64,000 bases of DNA from a virus. Below are positions 10,148 through 18,020 of this stretch, piece by piece. Positions within the stretch are counted from its first letter, which is position 1, and the number at the start of each line of letters is the position of its first letter. The notes under the pieces are model-generated. The model saw nothing but the letters and a program-made list of their open reading frames with translations. It was not told the origin of the DNA and did not search any database. The DNA is taken from IMG/VR virus record IMGVR_UViG_3300023179_000029, positions 1-64,000 of that record. The stretch is one strand, 5' to 3'. The position numbers were made by a program, and so were the translations under genes.

Positions 10148-11203
10148 TTATGAGGCCATTAGATAGATAGGAGTTGCTGTAATTACGCCCTTTGACATAT
10201 ATCCGCCCGATGTGTTTGAAGCGGCGTCTTCTGTCGCCGTTGTTGTTCGGCGGGCAAAAAGCTGAATTGGAGTTGATGCCGCAACACTAGAAGAAGTATT
10301 ATCATATATTGCGGTATGAGAAACTGGCATTCCCAAATCAGTTGAAGTTTTTGTGATTGGAGCTTCAAACCAAGTTCTTTGAGCGTAAGGAATTAAACCA
10401 AATGTACTAGTTTTAGGAGATCCAAGTAGAGTAGTTGAGGCAGTTGCAGCAAACCCCATTTGAAATTGAGCATTTGCAATAATTGCCGCATTTGAAGCAG
10501 TGCTTTGCGTCCAAGAAATATTTCCGTGACCGCTGATTGTAATTGTAAAACGGCCCTTTGGCAAAACAATAGAAGTGAAGCTTCTCCAACTGCCGTCAAT
10601 TTGACGACCAGCGGGAGGAAGAACCAATGTAGATCCAGAATAGTTATTTGCCGGTTGAGTACCTATTACAGACCTGCCACCTAAAAATTGCCATCTGCCA
10701 ATAGCACCATTATCACCAGCTTGATACCTTAAATGCCATACAACCGAATTATCTTTGTCAACTAAATAATAAATTTCGTAACCATCTGTAAGGGAACCGG
10801 CTGAAGGTAAAGTTTCTACTAAAGATGGCACAAATCCTGCACTTAATTTTGCTTTAGTAACAGAGCCGTCCAAAATTTGATCAGTTGTTACAGCATTCGT
10901 TGCTAATTTAGCAGTAGTAACAGATTGATCAGCCAGTTTGGTCGTAGTAACCGACAAATCACTAATTTCACTTGTTCCAACAGCGGCTGTTTCAATAGCA
11001 TTACTATTTACGCTATCAGCGGCTAATTTAGATTTAACAATAGTTCCGTCTTTAATTCCTAAAGAAGCGTCTATTTGTTTACCAATTTTAGAATGATCAT
11101 GTTGATCAATTTTTAGAAAATTATCTGCCAATTGTTCATAGTTATATGTGTCTGTAACTAAATTCCAGACAACAAGTTGCATATTTGGTGTTATTTGTGC
11201 CAT
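10148..11203 (-). CDS. Fibre/minor virion protein, paralog 2
   Basis: Same N-terminal HDH module, SVTTAKLA repeats, WHLRY..WQFLGG domain, ends ATPIY. Confidence 0.65.
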   Translation of the reverse strand: MAQITPNMQLVVWNLVTDTYNYEQLADNFLKIDQHDHSKIGKQIDASLGIKDGTIVKSKLAADSVNSNAIETAAVGTSEISDLSVTTTKLADQSVTTAKLATNAVTTDQILDGSVTKAKLSAGFVPSLVETLPSAGSLTDGYEIYYLVDKDNSVVWHLRYQAGDNGAIGRWQFLGGRSVIGTQPANNYSGSTLVLPPAGRQIDGSWRSFTSIVLPKGRFTITISGHGNISWTQSTASNAAIIANAQFQMGFAATASTTLLGSPKTSTFGLIPYAQRTWFEAPITKTSTDLGMPVSHTAIYDNTSSSVAASTPIQLFARRTTTATEDAASNTSGGYMSKGVITATPIYLMAS

Positions 11204-11205
11204 AG

Positions 11206-13071
11206 TTATCCTACTCTAATTGGAGTGATCGAAAGGTGTCGATCATAAACTGTCAGCGTTCCGCCGCCAGTGACCTTGTACTGGGCGTAGAGGCTGCCTG
11301 CGGTCAAAGTTGCATTGACAATTCTAGACCCGTTATATAGATGCGAGGCAACATCAGTTTGAATATCAAGTTCAAGGCCGGTTACGGGGGTCGCACCGGT
11401 GGTGGTGACGGTGCAAAGTCCCATATAATTATTTCTAACGCTGTTGGAATCGTTTGCTGCCGACATACCAAATTCAACCTTGTAAGTTCCCGCAAGAGGA
11501 ACTGTAACAAATGGACCACTGACACCCGTTGCCATAGTATAAGTATATGATGCAGACGCAGTAGTGCCATTTCCAACATTTTGAACGACAGAGCCGCCGC
11601 CAAGAAAATCCCATTTGGTTGTTGTTGAATTGTACCTCAGATGCCAAATCACGCCGGGAAAATTAGTTGCATCAACTATATAATAATACTCAAGTCCATC
11701 ATAAAGAGAAACGCCCGATGGAAGAGTTTGTCCGTAACCAATAGTCGTAGCAGCGGTCACTCGGCCTTTAGTGTCGACCGTAACTTGATCATAAGTACCG
11801 GCGCTAACGCCAGTAGTGCTGAGCTTATCCGAAGTTATCGCAGCATTGCGAATATGATCCGTTGTTACCGCACGATTTGAATCGGTAACAGCATCGCTTT
11901 TAAGAATTGTGCTATCGACTGTTCCAGAATCAGCAGATGTAATTACATTAGCATTAACAGTTACATTGGGAAATGTAATAGTTTTATTTGGAGCCGCTTG
12001 AATAGATGTAATGGTTACAGGATTAGAAGTACCATTAAGTATTGGCGCAGAAATTGTTGGAGATGTATCAAGAACTGCTTTACCAGTGCCGGTTTTATCA
12101 GTAATCGACGTACCATTAATTTTAAATATATTGCCGGTGCTAGCAGTGTCGTAAGTTTTGTTGGTAAAACTATCTTGAGTTGCTTTACCAACAAGCGTGT
12201 CATTTGCGGCAGGAAGTGTAATCGTATAATCTGTTGCGCTAGAATTAGCTGATGAAATAGTAGTTTTACCCGTGCTAGATCCGTTGATCTTAGGAGTTTT
12301 TAAAGAGGGGGAGTCGTTAAATACCAACAAACCACTGCCAGTTTCATCACTAAGAGAATCAATTAAAATTGCCGAAGTTCCTTGATTAGTTGGACTAAAG
12401 GTAGCAATAGGTCCTAAACCGAGATTAGTACGAGCAGTTGATGCAGTTGATGTAAGTTCGTTTAAATTATTACTTAATCTAAGTACTCCGGCGTCGTAAA
12501 CCCAAGATGATGCGCCATCAGTAATGAATCTTCTAAATCCATAAGCTGTACCAATTGTGACAGTGCTATTAACTACGCCATTAATATTTTGGCCAGTCGT
12601 TGGAATAATATCGATTTTTATTGTATCGTTATTTAAACCAGCGCCAGCTTGAATGATAACCTCTGTACCGGCAGCTAAACTGCTGGCCGATGGCAATGTT
12701 ACAGTTCGGCTAGCACTAATTGTTTGAGTTTGTCTAACAATCGTGCTTTTTGTGACAGGAGTATTAGTGGGACCGGCATTATTAAGATTGATATTGCTAG
12801 TTCCATCCCAATTAACATCAATGAAATCTGGTGGCCGTCCATTAGACAAACGGGTGTCACTAGCTAAAACAAATTTTGTGCTGTCTGTGTCTGATGATGT
12901 TGCAATCGCGGCCGGATCGATTGCGGAAAATTTAATTTTAATACCTTTAGTGCCACCAGTATGATCATGAACATCAATTGTAGTCCAGTTTGCTGCAAGT
13001 TGAGTATGATTATATGCATCAGATAACTGATCCCATACATTTAAACTCATATTTGTTGTAGTAGTGGCCAT
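11206..13071 (-). CDS. Tail fibre-like protein, paralog 1
   Basis: Same N-terminal module, GVSAGTYDQVTVDTKGRVTAA fibre repeat, WHLRY..WDFLGG domain, ends ITPIRVG. Confidence 0.7.
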   Translation of the reverse strand: MATTTTNMSLNVWDQLSDAYNHTQLAANWTTIDVHDHTGGTKGIKIKFSAIDPAAIATSSDTDSTKFVLASDTRLSNGRPPDFIDVNWDGTSNINLNNAGPTNTPVTKSTIVRQTQTISASRTVTLPSASSLAAGTEVIIQAGAGLNNDTIKIDIIPTTGQNINGVVNSTVTIGTAYGFRRFITDGASSWVYDAGVLRLSNNLNELTSTASTARTNLGLGPIATFSPTNQGTSAILIDSLSDETGSGLLVFNDSPSLKTPKINGSSTGKTTISSANSSATDYTITLPAANDTLVGKATQDSFTNKTYDTASTGNIFKINGTSITDKTGTGKAVLDTSPTISAPILNGTSNPVTITSIQAAPNKTITFPNVTVNANVITSADSGTVDSTILKSDAVTDSNRAVTTDHIRNAAITSDKLSTTGVSAGTYDQVTVDTKGRVTAATTIGYGQTLPSGVSLYDGLEYYYIVDATNFPGVIWHLRYNSTTTKWDFLGGGSVVQNVGNGTTASASYTYTMATGVSGPFVTVPLAGTYKVEFGMSAANDSNSVRNNYMGLCTVTTTGATPVTGLELDIQTDVASHLYNGSRIVNATLTAGSLYAQYKVTGGGTLTVYDRHLSITPIRVG

Positions 13072-13135
13072 AAAACTCTCTAATATTAAATACTTGATCG
13101 TGGCTCTGTTAAAGCCTTTTATCGATCATAGCAGA

Positions 13136-13405
13136 TTACAATAAAATTTTCAAGGCTAATTCGTGAGTGCAACCGCCATCAAGCATTTTCTTGACTTTAT
13201 GCCACGAAAGCGGAAAACTATATGACTTTCCATTAATGACATCGATATGGTTTGCGTTAGCAAGTTGCTCCGCCTGATCCTTAGAAAAACCAAGCGATAC
13301 AAAGGTTTCAACCCTATGATCTGATAGAACATCTTTGTCGGTTTCGGTGGTTGCCATATCTGACTCCCAAGGCCAAGGGTCGTATTTATATTGCCTCTTA
13401 TTCAT
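13136..13405 (-). CDS. Hypothetical protein (alternative start 13357)
   Basis: 89 aa ORF; GGAG RBS before both candidate starts. Confidence 0.55.
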   Translation of the reverse strand: MNKRQYKYDPWPWESDMATTETDKDVLSDHRVETFVSLGFSKDQAEQLANANHIDVINGKSYSFPLSWHKVKKMLDGGCTHELALKILL

Positions 13406-13431
13406 TAGTCTCCGTTTGTGAGTGTTTTAAG

Positions 13432-13502
13432 CTGGGGGACAGGGATTCGAACCCCAATTCCTCGGACCAGAACCGAGTGTCTTGCCGTTAGACGATCCCC
13501 CA
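13432..13502 (-). tRNA. tRNA-Gln(CTG)
   Basis: TGGGGGA acceptor, CTCGG-TTCTGGT-CCGAG anticodon arm, GGTTCGAATCC T-arm; no encoded CCA. Confidence 0.93.
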
Positions 13503-13509
13503 GTAAGAT

Positions 13510-13866
13510 TTACCTATCGAATTTTAACCAACGAATGATGCTTTTTTCAACAGGCTTAGCCAAATCTTCTACGGTCTTCTTGCCTTTTTCATCCATTCCA
13601 ACAGGAATTTTATGATCTTTAATGAATTTGACCGCCCAATCCTTGTTGTCTAATGTACTAGTGGATGTTTGAGATTTGCCAATATTGTATTGACGCAATA
13701 CATTTAATTCATTCTTTAGCCGATCTCGCTCGTCTTTAAGCTGATCAATCTCGTCTTCAAGAATGATAACTTGGAATATGTACCGATCCAGAGTTTCTTC
13801 AATTTCGTCAAAACGCTCACCAAGAGCCTTAGCTTCAGCCTTCCAATATTTCTTATTCTTCTTCAT
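13510..13866 (-). CDS. Hypothetical coiled-coil protein
   Basis: Likely start ATG 13866 (MKKNKKYWK) with AAGGA RBS; the ORF track extends it to 13935. Confidence 0.55.
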   Translation of the reverse strand: MKKNKKYWKAEAKALGERFDEIEETLDRYIFQVIILEDEIDQLKDERDRLKNELNVLRQYNIGKSQTSTSTLDNKDWAVKFIKDHKIPVGMDEKGKKTVEDLAKPVEKSIIRWLKFDR

Positions 13867-14152
13867 TATTTTCCTTTCTGCAACAACCGTCGCAGCCATG
13901 TATAGATTCAATACTAGCAGCCCTAGGGCCAACATTACGAGAAATCCAATTAATATGATCTAAATCGGGATGACCTATCCCATGCTTGCAAATTCTCTCC
14001 ATCATACCGCGATCATCGCGCCAATGAGTCGGCCAATCTTTCATATTATGATCCGAGGGGTTATGAATACAACAACCGTGCTTACGGCAATCTTCGGTTT
14101 CATTATGAACATTTAAGACTTTTTGTTTTGTTCCTGTAATATATTTATTCAT
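13853..14152 (-). CDS. His/Cys-rich small phage protein
   Basis: CCIHNPSDH..WP..WR.DRG.MERICKHGIGHPD motif, which I recall from actinophage hypothetical proteins. Confidence 0.7.
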   Translation of the reverse strand: MNKYITGTKQKVLNVHNETEDCRKHGCCIHNPSDHNMKDWPTHWRDDRGMMERICKHGIGHPDLDHINWISRNVGPRAASIESIHGCDGCCRKENNEEE

Positions 14153-14154
14153 AA

Positions 14155-14177
14155 TGCCCCCGGCAGGACTCGAACCT
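14155..14177 (-). pseudogene. 3' fragment of disrupted tRNA-Lys(TTT)
   Basis: AGGTTCGAGTCCTGC-CGGGGGC-A: T-loop and acceptor strand complementary to GCCCTTG at 14766-14772. Confidence 0.85.
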
Positions 14178-14184
14178 AGTTTAA

Positions 14185-14258
14185 TGGGGGCGGTAGGGAT
14201 CGAACCTACAAATCGTCTGATTAAAAGTCAGGTGCTGTACCAATTTAGCTACACCCCC
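14185..14258 (-). tRNA. tRNA-Lys(TTT), intact
   Basis: GGGGGTG/CGCCCCC acceptor, CCTGA-CTTTTAA-TCAGA anticodon arm, GTAGGTTCGATCCCTAC T-arm. Confidence 0.93.
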
Positions 14259-14694
14259 GAAATTGAAGCGTATACTTATAATAGTTATAAGTTTTTGCTG
14301 TGCGGCGTTTATGACAATTTGCGCATACTACTTCGCATTTGTCAATTTCTTCTAAAATACGTTCAAATGTATATCCTTGCATTATCATCTCTGATACATT
14401 TTTGAATTTGTCTCTTTGATGATCAAACTCAAGTACTATTATATCAGATTCATTGCAGTCAACGCAAGGGTGATTTTTTAAATACTCAACAACCTTGCTT
14501 TGACTATTGCCAATGTTTGCATTTTTGCGTTTTAAAATATCTTGTTTATGTTTCTCTCTATTTTCTGCGTAATATTGTCTAGACCTAGCCCGATTGCATT
14601 CACGACATACATTTTGTTTTCCATCGGGGCGACTAGTTTTTTTATTATACTCAGAAAGCGGTTTTTCTTGTTTGCAAAGTGTGCATTGTTTCAT
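14245..14694 (-). CDS. HNH endonuclease with N-terminal Zn finger
   Basis: KQCTLCKQEK..CREC finger and HPCVDC..VLEFDH..KCEVVCANCH nuclease; likely start ATG 14694; stop codon lies inside tRNA-Lys. Confidence 0.9.
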   Translation of the reverse strand: MKQCTLCKQEKPLSEYNKKTSRPDGKQNVCRECNRARSRQYYAENREKHKQDILKRKNANIGNSQSKVVEYLKNHPCVDCNESDIIVLEFDHQRDKFKNVSEMIMQGYTFERILEEIDKCEVVCANCHKRRTAKTYNYYKYTLQFRGCS

Positions 14695-14726
14695 AACTTT
14701 TAACTTGCGCAAATAGTTAAAAGTTA
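14694..14726. repeat. Perfect 12-bp inverted repeat over the HNH start
   Basis: TAACTTTTAACT (14694-14705) and AGTTAAAAGTTA (14715-14726), 9-nt spacer. Confidence 0.85.
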
Positions 14727-14733
14727 GTAATAA

Positions 14734-14772
14734 ATTAAAAGTCCGCTACTCTACCAATTGAGTTACAAGGGC
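14734..14772 (-). pseudogene. 5' fragment of disrupted tRNA-Lys(TTT)
   Basis: GCCCTTG TA ACTC AATTGGTA GAGT A GCGGA CTTTTAA T: acceptor, perfect D-arm and anticodon loop, then an abrupt stop. Confidence 0.88.
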
Positions 14773-14790
14773 GAGCAGAGATATGATAGC

Positions 14791-14819
14791 AAAGCCCGGA
14801 CCATGTTTCAAGTCCGGGC
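14791..14819 (-). terminator. Intrinsic terminator after the holin, abutting an extended -10 (TGcTATCAT)
   Basis: GCCCGGAC/GTCCGGGC stem followed by TTT. Confidence 0.65.
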
Positions 14820-14844
14820 CAAGCCAAGATAGGATCACCTCAAG

Positions 14845-15051
14845 TTAGTTCTTTGGGGGAAGTGCTGAACGAATACCAACTGCTGATGCAAACGCAATAA
14901 TGGTAGTGAGAATCTTCTGTGCCGATGAAGTGGCCGAACCGCCAAGAACACCAGACTGAATGATGAATGTAGCGGCGCCAACAAAAATACCATAAGCAAA
15001 TGATACTTGAGCCTTTGTAAGATGACGGAGCCAATTAATAAACTTTGTCAT
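14845..15051 (-). CDS. Holin (putative)
   Basis: 68 aa with two hydrophobic segments and a basic tail; strong AAAGGAGG RBS; near the endolysin. Confidence 0.65.
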   Translation of the reverse strand: MTKFINWLRHLTKAQVSFAYGIFVGAATFIIQSGVLGGSATSSAQKILTTIIAFASAVGIRSALPPKN

Positions 15052-15085
15052 ATTACCTCCTTTCAGTTATTACTTGTCGCAATCA

Positions 15086-15158
15086 TGCCATGGACAGGGT
15101 TCGAACCTGTATAAAACCGATTATGAGTCGGGCGCCTAAACCATTCAGCCACCATGGC
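15086..15158 (-). tRNA. tRNA with CAT anticodon (elongator Met or lysidine-Ile2)
   Basis: GCCATGG/CCATGGC acceptor, CCCGA-CTCATAA-TCGGT anticodon arm. Confidence 0.88.
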
Positions 15159-15161
15159 CTA

Positions 15162-15234
15162 TAGTCCCGCCGGGATTTGAACCCAGAATACGACTTTATA
15201 AGAATCGCGTGTTTACCACTTACACCACGGGACA
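15162..15234 (-). tRNA. tRNA-Ile(TAT)
   Basis: CGATT-CTTATAA-AGTCG anticodon arm, GTGT/ACAC D-stem, CTGGGTTCAAATCCCGG T-arm; U1.U72 mismatch, A73. Confidence 0.82.
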
Positions 15235-15308
15235 AGCCGAAGGTCGGATTCGAACCGACGACATCTGCTTTACAAGAGCAGCGCTCTGGCCAACTGAGCT
15301 ACTTCGGC
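15235..15308 (-). tRNA. tRNA-Thr(TGT)
   Basis: GCCGAAG/CTTCGGC acceptor, CTGCT-CTTGTAA-AGCAG; upstream TGgTATAAT. Confidence 0.95.
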
Positions 15309-15317
15309 GTAAGCCTA

Positions 15318-16706
15318 TTATACCAGATAATTCATGTCACAATTGCCGATGCCCTTAGCCGACTTAGGGCTAAGAACACCTGTTGTGCCATCTGTGTATT
15401 GGCAAGCCCAAAGATGGGGTTTAGCAATAGCCGGAACAGTAGTTTCAGGTTTAGCAGTATAAGCAGCATGCCAATAACGAAGGGGCTTACCTTTATGATC
15501 TTTGGGCCACTTAGTTACGGTACCGGGGAGGTACCAGCCGCCACTATAAATAACGCGAACAGTATAACCTAAACGCCATGCTTCAGTAATAAAGTCTGCA
15601 ATCCACTTATCGCCGTTTTTATTTTGAAACTTGGGATCCTCCCAATCAAGAACAAGTCGATCATCAGGATTAAGCTTGCCAGCGGCCTTAATAGCATCAG
15701 TGAAATTCTTTGCCTCTTGCTGAGGGGTATTATTACTTGGACGGGCAAAATGATAAATAAAACGAGTAAGCCCAATGCGACCAGCTTCGCGAAAACGAGC
15801 TTGAAATGCAGAATCCTTAAATGTGCGACCTTCGCTAGCTTTTAATACAATAAGTGGATAACCGCCAGATTTATATTGTGAAAGGTTTACTGTCCTCTGA
15901 CCTTCGTAACAGTCCGCAAAATACTTAGCATTAGGATTCTTAGGCTTGGTAGGAGGCTTAGGTGTTGGCTTAACAGGGGGCTTGACTGGAGCAGGAGTTG
16001 GCTTAGAAGGCTTTACCGGAGGCTTGGGATTAACGGGGGGCTTAGGAGTAGGTTTAGACTTAACAGGGCCGTTAAGAGCCTTCCAAGTGCCGGGACCGAC
16101 AATTCCATCGGCAGTGAGTTTATAATCCTTCTGGAATTTCTTTACTTGACGAGTAGTTAGGGCGCCAAAACCATTATTGTTAATTGGGTATACGGCGGGC
16201 CAATAACCATGCTTTTTAAGGAGCTTCTTAAGAGTTACGCAATAACCATTTTTATCACCCTGCTGAATAGTAGGTTCGACCTTGTACTTATCAACGGCTG
16301 AATAATGGCCTTCCTTCCACTTGAAATGCCAAGGCTCAGAAGGAGCATCACTCCATGACTTTGACCAACCAAAATCCTTGCCGTAATTAGCAATAAGCCT
16401 TTGGGTCTGATAAGGAACGTCAAGAGCAAGACCCAATCCGTGATTAGAAGTGCCGGGACGCGCTGCAAGGTTGCCGCCGTTTTGGTAACGCTCCCAAGCG
16501 GCCCATTGGCTCCAACGATTAGCTCGCCAATCGCCGGGCTTACCGAGCGGACGATAAGAATCATTAACCTCTACGGTTTGACCGTGCTTTTCTTTTACAT
16601 AACGAGCAAAAGCATTCCAAGCATCAGCGGCGTCATGACGAAGGCGGCCACCGCCAGCAATATTAGTTAATTCGCTGTTTTTAAGTTGTCCGTTAGCACT
16701 CATCAC
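15318..16706 (-). CDS. Endolysin: M15/VanY-like peptidase, PG-binding domain, Pro/Lys linker, GH25 muramidase
   Basis: SYR..PGTSNHGLGLALD..EPWH; VKKFQ..L.ADGIVGPGTW; LKASEG..YHFARP..VLDWE..QYT..CDMN. Confidence 0.92.
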   Translation of the reverse strand: MMSANGQLKNSELTNIAGGGRLRHDAADAWNAFARYVKEKHGQTVEVNDSYRPLGKPGDWRANRWSQWAAWERYQNGGNLAARPGTSNHGLGLALDVPYQTQRLIANYGKDFGWSKSWSDAPSEPWHFKWKEGHYSAVDKYKVEPTIQQGDKNGYCVTLKKLLKKHGYWPAVYPINNNGFGALTTRQVKKFQKDYKLTADGIVGPGTWKALNGPVKSKPTPKPPVNPKPPVKPSKPTPAPVKPPVKPTPKPPTKPKNPNAKYFADCYEGQRTVNLSQYKSGGYPLIVLKASEGRTFKDSAFQARFREAGRIGLTRFIYHFARPSNNTPQQEAKNFTDAIKAAGKLNPDDRLVLDWEDPKFQNKNGDKWIADFITEAWRLGYTVRVIYSGGWYLPGTVTKWPKDHKGKPLRYWHAAYTAKPETTVPAIAKPHLWACQYTDGTTGVLSPKSAKGIGNCDMNYLV

Positions 16707-16738
16707 ATATTATATTCTTGATATACAATTTTATTGAG

Positions 16739-16812
16739 TAGGGGCGGTGGGATTCGAACCCACACTGTAGGGATTTTAAGTCCCCTTTCTCTGCCAGTTG
16801 GAATACGCCCCC
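16739..16812 (-). tRNA. tRNA-Leu(TAA) with short variable loop
   Basis: GGGGA-CTTAAAA-TCCCT anticodon arm, variable loop ACAGT, 74 nt. Confidence 0.9.
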
Positions 16813-16824
16813 AAGATCATTATA

Positions 16825-17295
16825 TCAGATGTTCATGCGCCTAGCATACTCTGACCATTCTCCATCAGACCTCTGCAAAAGAGATGTAATTGTTTCTGAA
16901 TTTACAGTCCAAGATCCATCATTATTCATTTCGCAATAAATGACCCTATCGACAATGGACAAAAGTTGTCTTGCACAAGACAAACATGGACGAGAATTTT
17001 TTGCAAAATTGCCAGCCCTTGTCAAAGTTACGATACATACTGTGTCAGCATCAAAATCTCTTGGCAAATTTGTAATAGCATCATGTTCTGCATGAACAGA
17101 AGCAATGGCCATACCGCCATTATGGTTATGCGAACAACCTTTAGCAAAAATTTCTGGCCTTTTACCATTTTTAAAAATTACTGCCCCAGTACGATGACGC
17201 TTGTGAGTAGAACGCCTCGCCTGTTTGCAAGTTTCTTCCCAAACGGTAAGAGGAGCAACTTCTGTAAGAATGCTTGTAGATGGAATGTTCTTCAT
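16825..17295 (-). CDS. Zn-dependent cytidine/dCMP deaminase-fold protein
   Basis: HAE..PCxxC (SVHAEHDAI, SRPCLSC); likely leaderless start ATG 17295, 6 nt after TGcTATACT. Confidence 0.85.
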   Translation of the reverse strand: MKNIPSTSILTEVAPLTVWEETCKQARRSTHKRHRTGAVIFKNGKRPEIFAKGCSHNHNGGMAIASVHAEHDAITNLPRDFDADTVCIVTLTRAGNFAKNSRPCLSCARQLLSIVDRVIYCEMNNDGSWTVNSETITSLLQRSDGEWSEYARRMNI

Positions 17296-17316
17296 AACAC
17301 TAGTATAGCATAAGAC

Positions 17317-17341
17317 AAAGACCGGCACAAGGCCGGTCTTT
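17317..17341 (-). terminator. Hairpin terminator after the tRNA cluster
   Basis: AAAGACCGGC-cttgt-GCCGGTCTTT. Confidence 0.65.
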
Positions 17342-17388
17342 GCTGACATGTATAGTTGAAATAATTCAACTTTTGTTCCCTTACGGGA

Positions 17389-17461
17389 TAGCGGAGGCGG
17401 GAATCGAACCTCGCGACCTCTAGGATATGAACCTAGCGAGCTACCACTGCTCCACTCCGCG
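17389..17461 (-). tRNA. Initiator-type tRNA-fMet(CAT)
   Basis: CGCGGAG TGGAGCAG start, C1.U72 mismatch, CTAGG-TTCATAT-CCTAG anticodon arm; upstream TGgTATAAT. Confidence 0.85.
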
Positions 17462-17501
17462 ATGTATACACATTATACCACACTCTAATGTGATTTTCAA
17501 G

Positions 17502-17573
17502 TAGCGGGTAGGAGAATCGAACTCCTATCGCGGGTGTGAAAAACCCGAATCCTGACCGTTAGACGAACCCGCC
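17502..17573 (-). tRNA. tRNA-Glu(TTC)
   Basis: CGGGT-TTTTCAC-ACCCG anticodon arm, GGAGTTCGATTCTCC T-arm; upstream TGaTATAAT. Confidence 0.92.
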
Positions 17574-17598
17574 AAGTTTTGTCATTATATCATATTTA

Positions 17599-17670
17599 CT
17601 GGTCCGGTAGGATTCGAACCTACAACCGTCGCCTTAACAGGGCGCTGCACTGCCATTGTGCTACGGACCA
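17599..17670 (-). tRNA. tRNA-Asn(GTT)
   Basis: TGGTCCG/CGGACCA acceptor, CGCC-CTGTTAA-GGCG anticodon arm; 5' end overlaps the HNH stop. Confidence 0.92.
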
Positions 17671-18020
17671 ATGGTGGTAATACCATTTTCAACTTCTCTA
17701 TGGCAATTGGCACATAATAGCACACATTTATTAGCCTCTTCAAGAAGTTTATCAAATGATTTACTTAATCCTTTTTGACCTAAACCAAAATTTTTGTCAT
17801 TAGGATCAATATGATGAAACTCAAGGGCCGCTGAACATTTGTCGTATTTACAAATTTGACATTTGCCCCCAAAATGAGAAACTAATTTCAATTTGTTTTT
17901 ACGACGCTGCTCGGCAACTCTATCTTGTCTACATTGTTTGCATCTGTAATAACCACGACCCTCCAGAACAAATTCTGTTAGGCCGTGGTGTTTACATTCT
18001 TTTGTAATATATTTTTTCAC
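17661..18020 (-). CDS. HNH endonuclease
   Basis: CKHHG..RCKQC finger; GGKCQICKY..ALEFHHIDP..KCVLLCANCHRE. Confidence 0.9.
   Translation of the reverse strand: MKKYITKECKHHGLTEFVLEGRGYYRCKQCRQDRVAEQRRKNKLKLVSHFGGKCQICKYDKCSAALEFHHIDPNDKNFGLGQKGLSKSFDKLLEEANKCVLLCANCHREVENGITTIGP

Larger units (their letters stand above)
14178..14733 (-). mobile_element. HNH plus replacement tRNA-Lys cassette inserted in tRNA-Lys(TTT)
   Basis: Flanked by the two complementary halves of a tRNA-Lys gene; contains an HNH ORF and an intact isoacceptor. Confidence 0.8.

Noticed and set aside
9241-13071. Diversity-generating retroelement or shufflon acting on fibre or hub paralogs
   Set aside because: No reverse transcriptase or invertase in the window, paralogs are all co-oriented, and no adenine-specific TR/VR pair was noticed.
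14178-14733. Group I intron in tRNA-Lys
   Set aside because: The insert is filled by an ORF and a tRNA with no room for a P3-P7 core, and the exons lack ~11 nt so ligation would not give a tRNA.
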